The notes: generated by a model from the sequence alone, not told the origin. Shown: positions 13,048 through 26,225, numbered from the stretch's first letter. The stretch: 64,000 nt of DNA from Octopus sinensis (GCF_006345805.1 NC_042999.1:142042001-142106000), one strand, 5' to 3'. Translations and numbers: made by a program.

Positions 13048-13497
13048 TTATTCAGTTTTATTTCAAGATTTCTTGCCATTAGAGAAACAGCCGGCTTCTA
13101 ACCAAGATATAAGGCTCCTTCATTGGAATTTCAACATCAACAGTGTATGTATGTATGTATGTATGTATGTATGTATGTATGTATGTATGTATGTATGTAT
13201 GTATGTATGTATGTATGTATGTATATGTGCGGGTTTGTATGTTGTTTTATGTATATATTCTCATGCATATAGTTGTAAGTCTAGACGAGCTCATATATAC
13301 TTATAAATTTCTGTAAAGTTTTACAGATTTTTACAGTTCCAGTGATGGATTGGATCTGTAGTTTTCGAATCAGCTTTCTCATTTCTGGTTTTGAGACGCC
13401 TACTTTCTCAAGATTGGTACTTAGGCAGCATGTTACATATCTCAGTGCCCCAATAAATACAGGTATAAACCTGAACTTGTAATCTAGATAGAGTAAC
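13047..13497 (-). mobile_element. R4/Dong-like LINE 3' end; (CATA)n tail at 12948-13046 and an internal array at 13144-13222
   Basis: Minus-strand peptide YKFRFIPVFIGALRYV...LEKVGVSKPEMRKLIRKLQIQSITGTVKICKTLQKF, like the C-terminus of R4/Dong RLE proteins. Confidence 0.6.
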
Positions 13498-14817
13498 TAT
13501 CATCACCATCTACAAGAAGGGAGACCGAGAGCATTGCAGCAACTATCGAGGAATCTCACTCCTGAGTATTGCAAGTAAGATCTTCGCCCGTATCCTACTC
13601 AGTCGCCTCCTCATCCTCGCGGAAGCCGTGCTCCCTGAGTACCAGTGTGGCTTTCGACCCTCTCGAGGCACAATCGACAGGATCTTTTGTGCTCGTCAAC
13701 TCCAGGAGAAGTGTCAGCCTGCAATGTTCATCTTTTGGGATCTAAAGAAAGCCTTTGACAAGGTCCCCCGTCCTGCAATGTGGGCCGTCCTTGCTTGGTT
13801 TGGATGGCCGAAGGACTTCATTGGTCTGGCCTGCTCCCTCCACGACGGCATGATGGGTAGAGTATGCCATCAAAATGCCCTCACAGGCCCGTTTCCCATC
13901 ACTGGGGGGTCTTAAGCAAGGATGCGTCCTGGCACCAACCTGTTTCTCTTTGTACATCAGCCTACAAAGGACGGCTGATCTTTACAACATGGCTTACAAA
14001 CGCTTCGGGATGCAGGTAAACACATTAAGGACCAAGACACTGAGCTAACCTGCACCAGGCTAGAACAGTCCACCCTCAAACATTAGCATCAACGGCCAAC
14101 TCCTAGAAGTTGAACCCTTCACATATCTTGGAAGTATCCTTTCGAAGACCCTACGTGTGAAAGGGACGTGGAGAACCGAATTGGGGCTGCCCACTCCGCC
14201 TTCGCCAATCTCAGCCAACATGTATTCTCAATCATGCGCGAACCATCCGGACAAAGATCATGGTCTTCTGTGCCATTGTTCTGTCAACTCTACTCTACGC
14301 TTGTGAGACTTGGACGTTGTACCGTCATGACTTCAAGCGCCTTGAATGCTTCCAGCAATCGAAACCACGACAAATCCTCGACATACAATGGGAAGATCAC
14401 GTTACCAAACAAGGTTCTTCGCCGCGCCTCACTACCAAGTGTTAAAGCCACCATTCTACGCCACCGTCTCCGCTGGGCGGGTCACAGCCAGCGTATGGAG
14501 TCCTCTCGTCTCCCAAGGATCATGCTCTACGGAGAACTTGCAATCGGAATAAGACCCAGAGCAGGTTCGAAATTCCGTTTTAAAGACCAGCTCAAACAGA
14601 CCTTGGCTCAAGCTAACATCCAGCCATCCTCATGGGAACAGATTACCATAGATAGGACTGCCTGGAGGACTGCTATCCGCAATGGAGCCAGGTCCTTCGA
14701 GCAGAACAGACAACAGAATTAGGAGGCAAAACGCAGGAGAAGAAAGGAGCATCTTCAACATCCTTGATTTGCACCGACCATCCCGTGTGAGTTCTGCCCA
14801 CGTCTCTTTCACCACCA
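13498..14817 (+). mobile_element. RTE-clade LINE, 5'-truncated, frameshifted RT pseudogene
   Basis: IITIYKKGDREHCSNYRGISLL, LPEYQCGFRPSRGTID, DLKKAFDKV, KQGCVLAP, RLRWAGHSQRM, IMLYGEL; ends in a CEFC knuckle. Confidence 0.92.
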
Positions 14818-14883
14818 TATATATATATATAAATAGGTAAGTAAAGCTAGCGGTTGGAATAACCGTATAAGGGAATATATATA

Positions 14884-14934
<51 letters not shown>

Positions 14935-15186
14935 TATATATATATGTATAATATATATAGAGAGAGAGAAAGATAGATAGATATGTAAATATGTATATGT
15001 ATATCAAAGTTAACAGTCTACTCTCAGTTTTCACAGTTAACTGAGCTGTTCACGTATGTGCTCTTATAGCAGATAATGTTTACAGCATATATAATATATT
15101 GTGATACCTTATTACTGTTATACAACTATATATGTATACTTGTACATGTATACACACACACACACACACACACAATATATATAATA

Positions 15187-15272
<86 letters not shown>

Positions 15273-15287
15273 GTTATTAATATATAT

Positions 15288-15318
<31 letters not shown>

Positions 15319-15337
15319 ATATATATATATATTATAT

Positions 15338-15387
<50 letters not shown>

Positions 15388-15390
<3 letters not shown>

Positions 15391-16752
15391 TCTCTCTCCG
15401 TCTGTCTGGATAGACAATGGGTCGCGCCAAGGGTGGGGCCTACTTTGATGATGAGCAGCCTCTGCTGTGACTGAACAGTCCATTCTAGAGTGGCAGTCCC
15501 TGGTACAGTTGCTGCACACGAACATCGATGGGTACGTGTGGGGTGTTGCTGCAGTTGTCCTCCTCCTGTCCCGCCTGTCCGACCACAGCTGTGCTCTCCT
15601 TTCCTCAGCCATGGAAACGCCTTTCCTCACTGTCCGACGCCAGGCAGAGCGGTCAGCAGCTGTTACCTCCCACGTGTCCACACAGATGTTGGCAGTCCTC
15701 AGGTCGCGCTTGCACACATCCCTGTATCGTAGCTGTGGACGTCCCTTGGGTCGGCATCCCGTGGTGAGTTCGCTGTACAGGATGTCTTTAGGCATGCGAC
15801 CGTCCTGCATGCGGCAGACGTGTCCGAGCCAGCGCAATCGTCTCCGCACGAGGAGGGCATGCATGCTTGGCATATTAGTCTGTTCTAGGATGACTCCGTT
15901 TGGTACTCGGTCCTTCCAGGAGATGCCAAGGATCCGTCGAAGACACCGCATGTGGAAGCCGCTGAGGCGGCATTCTTGCCGGGTGTATGTTGTCCAGCTC
16001 TCGCTGCCGTATGGTAGGGTGCTCAGCACGCAGGCTCGGTACACTGCGATCTTGGTGGTTATTGTGAGCATGTTGTTTTCCCACACTCTCCTGGAGAGCT
16101 TAGCCATGGCAGCAGCAGCCTTCCCAATCCGTCTGTTCAGCTCCGGCTCGAGGGACAGGCTGCTGGAGACCGTCGATCCCAGGTAAGTGAACTCGTTCAC
16201 CACCTGCAAGCTGTGGTCGCCGACACTGATGCTGGGGACCCCTCCGACGTCCTGGCCCATGATCTCTGTCTTTTTCAGGCCGATGGTAAGGCCGAACTCT
16301 TGGCAGGCATCCGCCAGGGAGCTGACCAGCCTCTGGAGACCCGGCTGGTTGTGTGATGTTAGGGCGGCATCGTCAGCAAAGAGGATCTCTCTGATCAGCA
16401 CCTGACGGACTTTGGTCTTAGCTCTGAGGCGCGCAAGATTGAACAATCCACCATCAGCCCTGGTGTGGAGGAACACTCCGTCGTCGGACGTTCTGAAGGC
16501 ATAGGACTGGACAAGGGAGAAGAAAATTCCGAAGAGCGTCGGCGCCAGAACGCAACCCTGTTTCACTCCACTCTGGATGGGGAACGACTCCGAGGGCGAT
16601 CCGTCAAACTGCACTGTTCCCTGCATACCGTCGTGAAAGGAGGTGATGAGTTTCAGCAGTCTGGGAGGGCAACCTATCCTACCCAGGAGCGCAAACAGCC
16701 CCTCCCTGCTGACTGAGTCGAACGCCTTAGCCAGGTTGATGAAGGCCACGTA
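15388..16752 (-). mobile_element. RTE-clade LINE, 5'-truncated, near-intact RT/C-terminal ORF, GC-rich
   Basis: Open frame YVAFINLAKAFDSVSR...GVKQGCVLAPTLF...LFADDAAL...FTYLGS...RRLRWLGH...CSNCTRDCHSR; 1-bp frameshift near the C-terminus; inserted in (TA)n on both sides. Confidence 0.97.
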
Positions 16753-17269
16753 TATATCTATATATATATATATAATTGTAACATAGTTCTCGAACAGATA
16801 CTTCAAGTAACGACTAGGCTATGGTAACTGACTGCTTATTGTGATCATTCGTCTTTTGGTTTCCTGTAGCTTTGCTTTCTTTTACAAACCCACTGAACAT
16901 ATATTTCCTATTTCAAAGAAATTCAAACAATAGATATAAGACCCAAGTTAAAAAGATTTTCAACAATTCAACTTCTCTGGTTGACGTTAAGATGCCCACC
17001 CCCAAAAGGGGCCTTAACTCCCACATTTTAGAGCTCCAAGACCTTCATTTTTTAGGAGCAAAATCTTTTTAACAGGTTCAATAACACTGGAATTTTGGAA
17101 TATGCGCATAAAAATTAGTAGTATGGGATACATGTGGCACGATTACAAATGTTTTAGGGTGTGTAAAGAGGGGAGTAACCCTCATCTGCAATTTTGATGA
17201 AATTCGAAACATAGATATTCCAGTTCATTACAGAAAATATAACAGAAAAGTCTAATTCTTCAATTGAAT

Positions 17270-17300
17270 GTAACCGGGCAACGCCGGGTATCTCTGCTAG
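17270..17300 (+). mobile_element. Helitron-type 3' terminus (5' extent not determined)
   Basis: ACCGGGCAACGCCGGGT hairpin, then CTAG at 17297-17300, then T. Confidence 0.6.
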
Positions 17301-17398
17301 TATATATATATATATAGTGGTGGTTTAATAAAGTATGTGATTGAGTATTATCTGGTAATTGATATTTGATTTAGATGTATTTCTCCGTTTTCTTATCT

Positions 17399-17449
<51 letters not shown>

Positions 17450-17453
17450 TATA

Positions 17454-17494
<41 letters not shown>

Positions 17495-17659
17495 TCGAAG
17501 ACTGTTTGATTTCGTTATTTCTCCTTCTTTTTTGCCTATGTGAGTTACTAATATTGTTATCTGTGGAGTAATATCTATAGTAAAACGGAATGAGCTGTCT
17601 TTGGCTGCTATTTCTAAATTTCGGTATGTGGAGAAACAACATGTTGCTTAACCCGTAAC

Positions 17660-17721
<62 letters not shown>

Positions 17722-18257
17722 CATGTGTTGTGTGTGTGCGTATGCATATGTATGTGTATCTATCTATCTGTCTGTCTGTATTTATATATCCTGTAAGCCC
17801 CTGTCAATCTTGCCTGGACAAGATTTTATAAAGAAGACTTACAGGTGACTATACATTACAAGTAGCCCTCCTCTGCACCGCCAATGTTATCTAAACAATA
17901 GGCCACTTCCTTATGGCCGACACGTCTTAGCAATATTGTCGCTGCAGGCGTTGTTATCAGTACGCTTAAAAGCCGAATAAGATACCGCTCTTTGTGTATG
18001 AGTGGAGAGGCTTGTTGGTTAATTTGAGCAACAGAGTACCTTTGTTCTTAAATGAGACCCCGATAAAAATAATTTATCGGGCATTTTTTTTGTGATAGGT
18101 AACTTAGTACGTTCGGTAATTTTGATACTAACAAGAATGGGAACGTTTATATACATATACATACATACATACATACATACATACATACATACATACATAC
18201 ATACATACATACATAAATACATACATAAATATATACATACATACATACATACATACA

Positions 18258-18349
<92 letters not shown>

Positions 18350-18361
18350 ATACACACACAC

Positions 18362-18735
18362 GTAAAGGTAAAAGTTTTTATTTTTCATTTCTTTTGAAGA
18401 TTCCTCTTAAATGTGGTTTTGGCTCGAAATGTTAAAGACCTTTTCACTTCCCGAGCGTTAAACTAATACATCTGTTGTTGTCCTACACCTATTTTCGTCT
18501 TTTGTTATTTTTGTGAATTCCCCCTATATATATATATATAGTCGCCATCATAGATTGGTAGCCACTACATACATTTTTTTCTCTCCTTGTTTTTTTTTCT
18601 GTGTCCCTTTCTGTAGAAGAGCGTAGGCACGAAACGTAAAAGACTTTTTCTATTACTGAGTGCTATACTAATACATCTGTTTGTTTTCTACACCACTTGT
18701 CTTCGACTTCTGTTTTTTTTTCGTGAACTCTCCTA
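18362..18735 (+). mobile_element. Two head-to-tail PLE-like terminal repeat units
   Basis: Both units share CGAAA(C/T)GT(T/A)AAAGAC...CTAATACATCTGTT...GTGAA(T/C)TC..CCTATA and each ends at a microsatellite. Confidence 0.55.
18607..18642 (+). ncRNA. Minimal type I hammerhead ribozyme motif (degenerate, CUGA>CUGU)
   Basis: CTTT CTGTAGA A GAGC GTAG GCAC GAAA CGTA AAAG; stem I CTTT/AAAG. Confidence 0.55.
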
Positions 18736-19579
18736 TACATACATACATACATACATACATACATACATACATACATACATACATACATACATACATACAT
18801 ACATACATACATACATACATACATACATACATACATACATACATACATACTTCATCTAAATATATGTCCATATGGTAGTCTAGATACATCTCTGTGAAAT
18901 ATTTATCATTTATCCCTTGTCCTTGAATGACAATGTCTTCACAGTATGAAGTGAAAAAGAACATTAATCCAACTTGAGCTCCTTTCTTTATATTTTGTCA
19001 TTATCTACTTTATGGGATAAACCTCATTGCAGACCTTTTGGGTGGGTGACTATACAGAATGTTTCTTCTTCAGTAAAGCTTTGATGTTATAATGTTAATG
19101 CAATCTGCCATTATAGGAGAAGTCTACTTTCTCTATGATTAAAAGGTCACTTTTAATTTACATAATTTTACTTGCATTATTAATCAATATTTTGTCCTTT
19201 CAATCATCAGTTGCTATGTCACAACACAGTATTCAAAAGCTGCTTGATATGATCTAAGACATCTTGCATAACGTTTTCATTTTAAACAGAGTCGATTAGT
19301 GTTACTAAAATTAAACTGTGTTGTTCAGTTTCGTTGTAAAGAAATTATCTTTAGAAGAGAACAGAAGTTAGATACATAATCCATATTATTATATTACCTC
19401 TCAGTTACAGTTTCACTGTAGCTAGGCACTGTAGAATAAAACTAATACAGCGGTCGTAATACTTTCGCCGTATGTTCGCCACTGACGCCTTCAGTAAAGA
19501 TATGAAAACTTTTCATTTCTTTGCCCTTATAAACTTGAGACCATGTAGCTTAGACATAAAATGATAAGACTATAATAAT

Positions 19580-20313
19580 GGTTTCAAATTTTGGCACAAG
19601 GCCAGCAGTTTTAGAGGATGAGCTAAGTTGACTACATCGTGTTAGCCCTAGAACTCAACTGATACTTATTTTAACAATCTCGAAAGGATGCAATGCAAAG
19701 TATACCTCGGGTGGAATATGAGGAGAAATACCGCTAAGCATTTTGCCCCACACGCTAAGGATTCTGTTAGCTCACTATGGGGGTGGGGGGAGGTTAGTCA
19801 ATTACATTGACCCTTGTGTCCGACTGGTGCTTATTTATCGACTCCGAAAGGATGAAAGGCGAAGCCGACCTTGGCTGAATCTGAACTCAGAATGTTAAGA
19901 CGGACGAAATCTCGCTAAGCATTTTGTCCGGCGTGCTAACCGCCTTATATTAATATAATAAACCTTTCTACTAAAGGTACAAGGCCTGAAATTAATCGAT
20001 TATGTCGACTCCAGTGTTTCACTGGTATTTAATTTATCGATCCCGAAAGAAGGAAAGGAAAGTTGACTTCGGCGAAATTTAAGCTCAGAACGTAGTGACA
20101 GACGAAATACCTATTTCTTTACTACCCACAAGGGGCTAAACACAGAGGGGACAAACAAAGACAGACAAACGGATTAAGTCGATTACATCGACTCCAGTGC
20201 GTAACGAAAGGCAAAGTCAACCTCGGCGGAATTTGAACTCAGAAGGTAACGGCAGACAAAATACGGCTACGCATTTCGCCCGGCGTGCTAACGTTTCTGC
20301 CAGCTCGCCGTCT
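19580..20313 (-). mobile_element. Cluster of 4-5 co-oriented type B SINE copies/fragments
   Basis: Repeated GAAAGGATGAAAGGCAAAGTCGACCTCGGC-like and ATTTGAACTCAGAA motifs; last copy has head GCCAGCTCGCCG. Confidence 0.85.
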
Positions 20314-20598
20314 TATATATTAATGTAATAATAAAATCATTCAACAATCTTTTGTTGCTGCTAAATTCATATCATATTCATGAAATATTACCTACAAAAA
20401 TCAAAACTGAATATCCCTAATAAATGTTCCGTGATTCAAATCTCATCAGTATCGAATTTTCTGTTTCCTTTCTTTGAAAATTTGAAATTGCTGATAAATA
20501 TCGTAGTAATTGTATATTTTTACATTACTGCTAGCAGAAACCACCACTTATCAAAATATGGAATTGCTGGTGTGATCACTTCCGATTTGAGCAAACAG

Positions 20599-20636
<38 letters not shown>

Positions 20637-21398
20637 AAGAGAGAGGGGAGAGAGGGAGAAAATATGTTTGCGCGCGCAGGTCTTTATGATTGTTGTTCGT
20701 CGCCTGACAACCATTGTTGGTTTATTTACTTACCCATAAATTAGTGGTTCAGTAAAAAGATACTGATAAAGTAAGGACCAGAGTTATTTAAAAAAAAAAA
20801 GCATCAGGGTCGATTCGTTCGACTAAATCCTTTTACTGAAACGTGTAAAAGAGAAAATAGTACTTTTTTTTGTATAACTAAACAAAAAGAACCAGACGAC
20901 TGATGCTATGAATTACAATAAGAAGATTATTTTATCTACAAACTGTTATTTCATTAATACCTATAAATTGAGGGGAGGGGTAACAAAAGATAATGTATTA
21001 TTGCATGATTTAAAGAAGTTAACGTGAAATCAATATAAACATAAAATTACAGAGCAAAAAGAAAAAAAAATAACACGCAAAAAGTTAAATATAATCAAAA
21101 AGTTGAAACAAAAATGAATTTAGAAAATATAAAAATATATATATAAAAACTAAGTTCTATGTGTTTGTTAACATTTATAATAATTTCATGAATAATGTGA
21201 TTAATATAATCTATTCTCGAACTGATTGCACTAACGACAATCAGTAATCGATATTTTTGCCAATATTTTATTGCGTTCTTCTTTCATATATCATCTTAGA
21301 TTCTGGATGTTCTTAAAGCTTTTTAAATTGTTTTAAATATGGCAGCTGGAAGACTGAAAAACGTAATAAATAGAGATATCTATGAGTACATATTGAGA

Positions 21399-22100
21399 GA
21401 GGGTGAGGAAGAAGAAGAAGAAGAAGAAGAAGAAGAAGAAGAAGAAGAAGAAGATGATGATGATGAGGAGGAGGAGAATGAGAAGGAGGAGGAGGAGAAT
21501 GAGGAGGAAGAAGAAGAGAATGAGGAGGGAGATGGAGAGAAGGAGGAGGGTAGAAGGAAGAAAATGAGGAGGGGAGGGTGGATGAAGAAGGAGAAGAGGA
21601 GGGGGAGAGGAGGGAAAAAAAGAAGAAGCAGAAGAGGAGGAAGAGGAGGAAGAGGATAATGAAGAAACTAATCTGATAAAAGAATGGCTATTTCAAAGAA
21701 TGGGATCAAGAAAGATAAAGAAACCGAAGAGACGAGAAAGAGTAAAAAGGAAGACAGTTCTCACTTTCTTGCTCAAAAGAGAGAGTGGGAGAACTTGTGG
21801 AGTAATAAGTGAGAGTTAGAGAAAGAATGGAAAGTTACAAGAGAAAGAAGGTGAAAGTGGAAACAGAAATAGGAGAGGAGAGGCAGTGGAGAAGAGTAAG
21901 GAGTCTTGTAAATGAAGCTGAAAATGAAAAGAGGGGAAGAGAAAGGAGTAGACGATGACAGGAGCGAGCGCAGTTTTGATTTTGAAAGAGAATAGAGACG
22001 TAAGAATGAAATGAATTAAAGAGTGAGGAAGATAACAAGAAAAGCAGAAAAGGAAGAAAATAGAGCGAATAATCGAGAAAGTGAAAAGGAGAGATACAGG

Positions 22101-22140
<40 letters not shown>
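21399..22140. repeat. (GAA/GAG)n microsatellite followed by a purine-rich tract
   Basis: Direct reading; plus strand strongly A/G-rich. Confidence 0.9.
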
Positions 22141-22180
<40 letters not shown>

Positions 22181-23347
22181 GACAGTCTAGGTTCCAGGAG
22201 ACGCATGAAAATAGGCAGTTAAAGACTGGGTAGATCGCAGAAGAAAAGACTGTACGAGAAATAAGTTTGCATTACTAAATAGTATGATTATGAAATATCA
22301 ACATATTGATGTCATATAAATAGCTATTACCATTTTAATGTCATATTAATAACTATATATACTAATTAATTTCATGCTTAAATAGCCACCACATGCTTCT
22401 CTCAAACAACACCGTGTTGTAAAAAGATACTTAATGTAAAGTTACATGTAACATATGTTAAATAAACAATTAACAAAGGACGTAATTAGAGTCGGTTCAT
22501 AAGTCTCATTTCCTGGGCACACGCGCTCAAACATACAAGCAGCAGCAGCACGCGTATATATAATATTTAGTTTGTTTTTAATATAAGCCATATGTAGTTT
22601 ATTTCTGAATTTAATTTCATTCGGAAGGCAATCCCATGGAACTTTGAGGAATCGAACAAGATGTACCAACAAGGTTGTGTAGTAAAGAAGTTTTGATTCT
22701 CAACGTCGTGGTTCTGAGTTTGATCTCAAGGAGCAATTCCGTTGGACATGTATTTTCTATCTTAGCAGTGAGTTGGCCAATACCTGATAAGTGGAATTTA
22801 GACGAGGAAATTGTGAAGAAGTCTGTCGTATAAATATATGTTCTCTTCTGTTTTCAGATATTTGAAATCTTCACCCTGAGAAAGGAGCTGGTTTCTAACA
22901 AAGATACAAAACTCCGTCGCTGGAATGTAGATATCAAAAACATATTCACGTTTTAAACTTCAGGAAAATCTTGCATATATTTACTATTCCACTTACATAT
23001 CGTATTTATAACGAGTAAGTTAGCTGGTTGATTTATTTCGCCCGGCGTGCTAACGATTCTGCCAGCTCGCCGCCTTATTCCTTTCAAACTATTGGCTACG
23101 CGGGAAGTCATAATTTAGAACTGCATTAGTGAAATGCTTCCACTGAACATCGAATCTGTGTCGAAAGTTCGGTACATTCTGACCTTAGCATCACTCAACT
23201 GCCCTGACACCAGTAGCATAGAATTATATTTTTACTGACTTCCCTTCTCTCCCACGCACGAAACAGAGTAACACGAACTTGATAACTATAAAATTCAGTT
23301 TTATGTTGACTCAATGCCTGTTAGTGAAACGTTTCAACTGCTCTCTC

Positions 23348-23391
<44 letters not shown>

Positions 23392-23897
23392 CCCTCTCTC
23401 TCTCTTTCCGTCTGACTTTCTGTCTCACCCACTTCCAGAGATGATTCTATGAAAAGAAATATTTCATGTTTACATTTCCTTTGTTTGCCTGTTTGCTTGT
23501 TCATAGTTCGTACTACAGCTATTTGGGAACATACATGCCATTGAAACAGTGTAAATAAACCATTTTCTTTCTGTCTCCCTCATCGCAAATAATGAATGAA
23601 GGACACAACTCTCTTGAACCCGCCAATTATCTCCAAAACCTCTTAACCGTTACTTTTTTTTTCTTCTCTACCATTTTATTATAAAAATATAGAAGCCGAA
23701 AATCACAAGTCGATATAATAATTCGACATCGTTACTGAAGAGATTTCCTCTTTTGTTGTATCTCAGTAAAATCAGGTTGTTTTCCAATGTGTTCTTTGAA
23801 GAGAAGACATTCGTCTCAAGCTGCTATTTCAAAGTAGTGACCCTTCATTAAGTATCAGAATTTTACCTCAGAATAATGGTGACCTGTACAAGATATG

Positions 23898-24090
23898 GGT
23901 TTCAAATTTTGGCACAAGGCCAGCAAGTTCTGGGAAGAGGGTAAGCCCTTGCATTAACCCCAGTATTCAACTGGTACTTATTTTATCGTCCTCAAAAGGA
24001 TGAAAGGCAAAGTCGACATCGGCGGAATTTGAATTCAGAACGTAAAGACGGACAAAATAACGCTAAGCATTTTGACCGGCGTGCTAACAA
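23898..24090 (-). mobile_element. Type B SINE
   Basis: GGTTTCAAATTTTGGCACAAGGCCAGC tail, GGATGAAAGGCAAAGTCGAC domain. Confidence 0.85.
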
Positions 24091-24204
24091 TCTGTACTAG
24101 ATATTACAACTCAATACAACAGTAGCAGCAGAATCATTAGCATGCCGGGCAATGCCAACGACCTTGTACCAAAATGTGAAACCAATATTAACGTTCGTAG
24201 TTAC

Positions 24205-24510
24205 AAGTAAGAACGCGGTTTCGATTTCCAGACCGGGCATTTATTGAGCAAAACACTTAAGCTCCACGAGTCTCCGGCGAGGGGAGGGGTGAACCCCGCT
24301 GTACTCTTTCACCACAACTTTCTATCACTCTTTCTTCCTACTTCTGCCACAAAGCAGAGGAACCATGGTGTAACTCACTATGGTGTGGTAAACTTTCAGA
24401 CCCTAGTCTAGATTGCGAATCCTCTGTACCCCAGGATGGTTCAGCTCTCCACACGTTAAAAGCCACCGTTTACGGAATGAGGATAACAACGTAGCTTTCG
24501 CGCCCGTGCA
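24205..24510 (+). mobile_element. Degenerate type C SINE fragment
   Basis: CGCGGTTTCGATTTCCAGACCGGGC and CTGTACTCTTTCACCACAACTTTCT match the 7226 SINE. Confidence 0.7.
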
Positions 24511-24628
24511 ACATCCAGTCTATCACGTGTTGTGGGTGGATCTTCAAGTTGACACACGCATTCTTAGTAGTTAGTGTAGGCTCGAATTAGAGATTATTCT
24601 TTGTGGCTAATGGCGTGAGTCCCAATTG

Positions 24629-24697
24629 GAAGAAGAAGAAGAAGAAGAAGAAGAAGAAGAAGAAGAAGAAGAAGAAGAAGAAGAAGAAGAAGAAGAA
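24629..24697. repeat. Perfect (GAA)n
   Basis: Direct reading. Confidence 0.98.
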
Positions 24698-25113
24698 ATG
24701 ATATGAATCGGAATTAACATTATGATTCGAAAAATATCACTCACCTTGGATGGGAAGCCCGTCCTTTTTTTTTTTTTTTTTTCAATTTTCTCATTTGAAT
24801 TTCATTTCCGATGTACGCGCAACTACGCTCTGCAATCACTGCACAAGAGAGATTTTTGCGTACACAAAATAATAATTGCCAAAAGAAAAGGTAGTATCTT
24901 TTATCTTGTTTCAGTCATTGGATGGCGGCCTTGAAGGATTTTAGTCGAATGAGTCGACCCGGTACTTACAGTTTTTAAAATTCTAGTACTTATTCTATCG
25001 ACCTCTTATGCTGCACTTCATTGCAAGCACGTAAACAAACCAGTTACGAGGACACCAACACCACCTGTCAAGCAACTGAGGGAGGAAAACAAAGACACAC
25101 AGACACACGCATA

Positions 25114-25967
25114 TTACTCTTTTACTCTTTTACTTGTTTCAGTCATTTGACTATGGCCATGCTGGAGCACCGCCTTTTGTCGAGCAATTCGACCCCAGGA
25201 CTTATTTTTTGTAAGCCTAGTACTTATTCTATCGGTCTCTTTTGCCGAACCGCTAAGTTACGGGGACGTAAACACACCGGCATCGGTTGTCAAGTGATGT
25301 TGGGGGAACAAACACAGACACACAAACACACACACACACACATACATATATTAATAATGAAATTATTGTATACAGTGCTCAGGTGCACCACAACTTGTCA
25401 GAGTATATGCAGTAATGTACAAATGTCTGGAAAGCGAACAATGTATGAGTCAGATACATGCTTGTGTGTGTATGGAGGGGAGAAAATCAGGTGTAGTGTT
25501 GGCGAATCTCAGAAAGCATGGAAGTTTTGAAGGGTGCAGTGCTCCGACAACTAACAACTGATGCCGGGAGTTTGTTCCATGCTTCAGCAACTCTCAGCGT
25601 GAAAAAATGTTTCCTGAAGTCATGAGAGCTGTGCTGTTTTCTGACTTTGTAAATATGTCCACGGGTGTTAGATGGGTGGAGTTTGAAAAGGTGCTCAGAG
25701 TTATTGTTTGTACGATGGTTGATAATTTTATGGGTGTCTGCCAAGTCAGCTGCCAGACGTCGGAGTTTCAATGTATCCATGCCCAGGGAAGTAAGGCGTT
25801 CAGGATATGGCAAATGCCTGATGGAGGGTATTCTTTTGGTTGCACGTCACTGAACGGCTTCCAGACGATTGATATCCTGGGGTTCCAGACCGGTGATGCA
25901 AATTCCAGGTGAGGTCTTACCATAGCTATATAAAGCCGCAGATAGATAGTCGGAGAGCTGCTCACAA

Positions 25968-25998
<31 letters not shown>

Positions 25999-26225
25999 CA
26001 ACGGGCTTCTTTCAGTTTCCGTCTACCAAATCCACTCACAAGGCTTTGGTCGGCCGAGTCTATAGTAGAAGACACTTGCCCATGCAACGGGCTTCTTTCA
26101 GTTTTCATCTATCAAATCCACTCTTGTAAGTGGATTTGATTGAAAACACTTGCCCAAAGCGCCACGCAGTGGGACTGAATCGAAATCATGTGGCTGGGAA
26201 GCAAACTTCATACCATACAGTGACA
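25114..26225 (-). mobile_element. Type A tRNA SINE (CORE-like CTTGGGCAAG motif) split by a CR1 insertion
   Basis: Tail at 25114-25348, head at about 25990-26225 with an internal duplication; matches the 35752-36166 copy. Confidence 0.85.
25349..25958 (-). mobile_element. CR1/L2-type LINE 3' fragment
   Basis: LYIAMVRPHLEFASPVWNP, YPERLTSLGMDTLKLRRL, RGHIYKVRKQ, FFTLRVAEAWNKLP. Confidence 0.9.

Noticed and set aside
21339-21659. Acidic poly-Glu protein
   Set aside because: Translation of a GAA/GAG microsatellite
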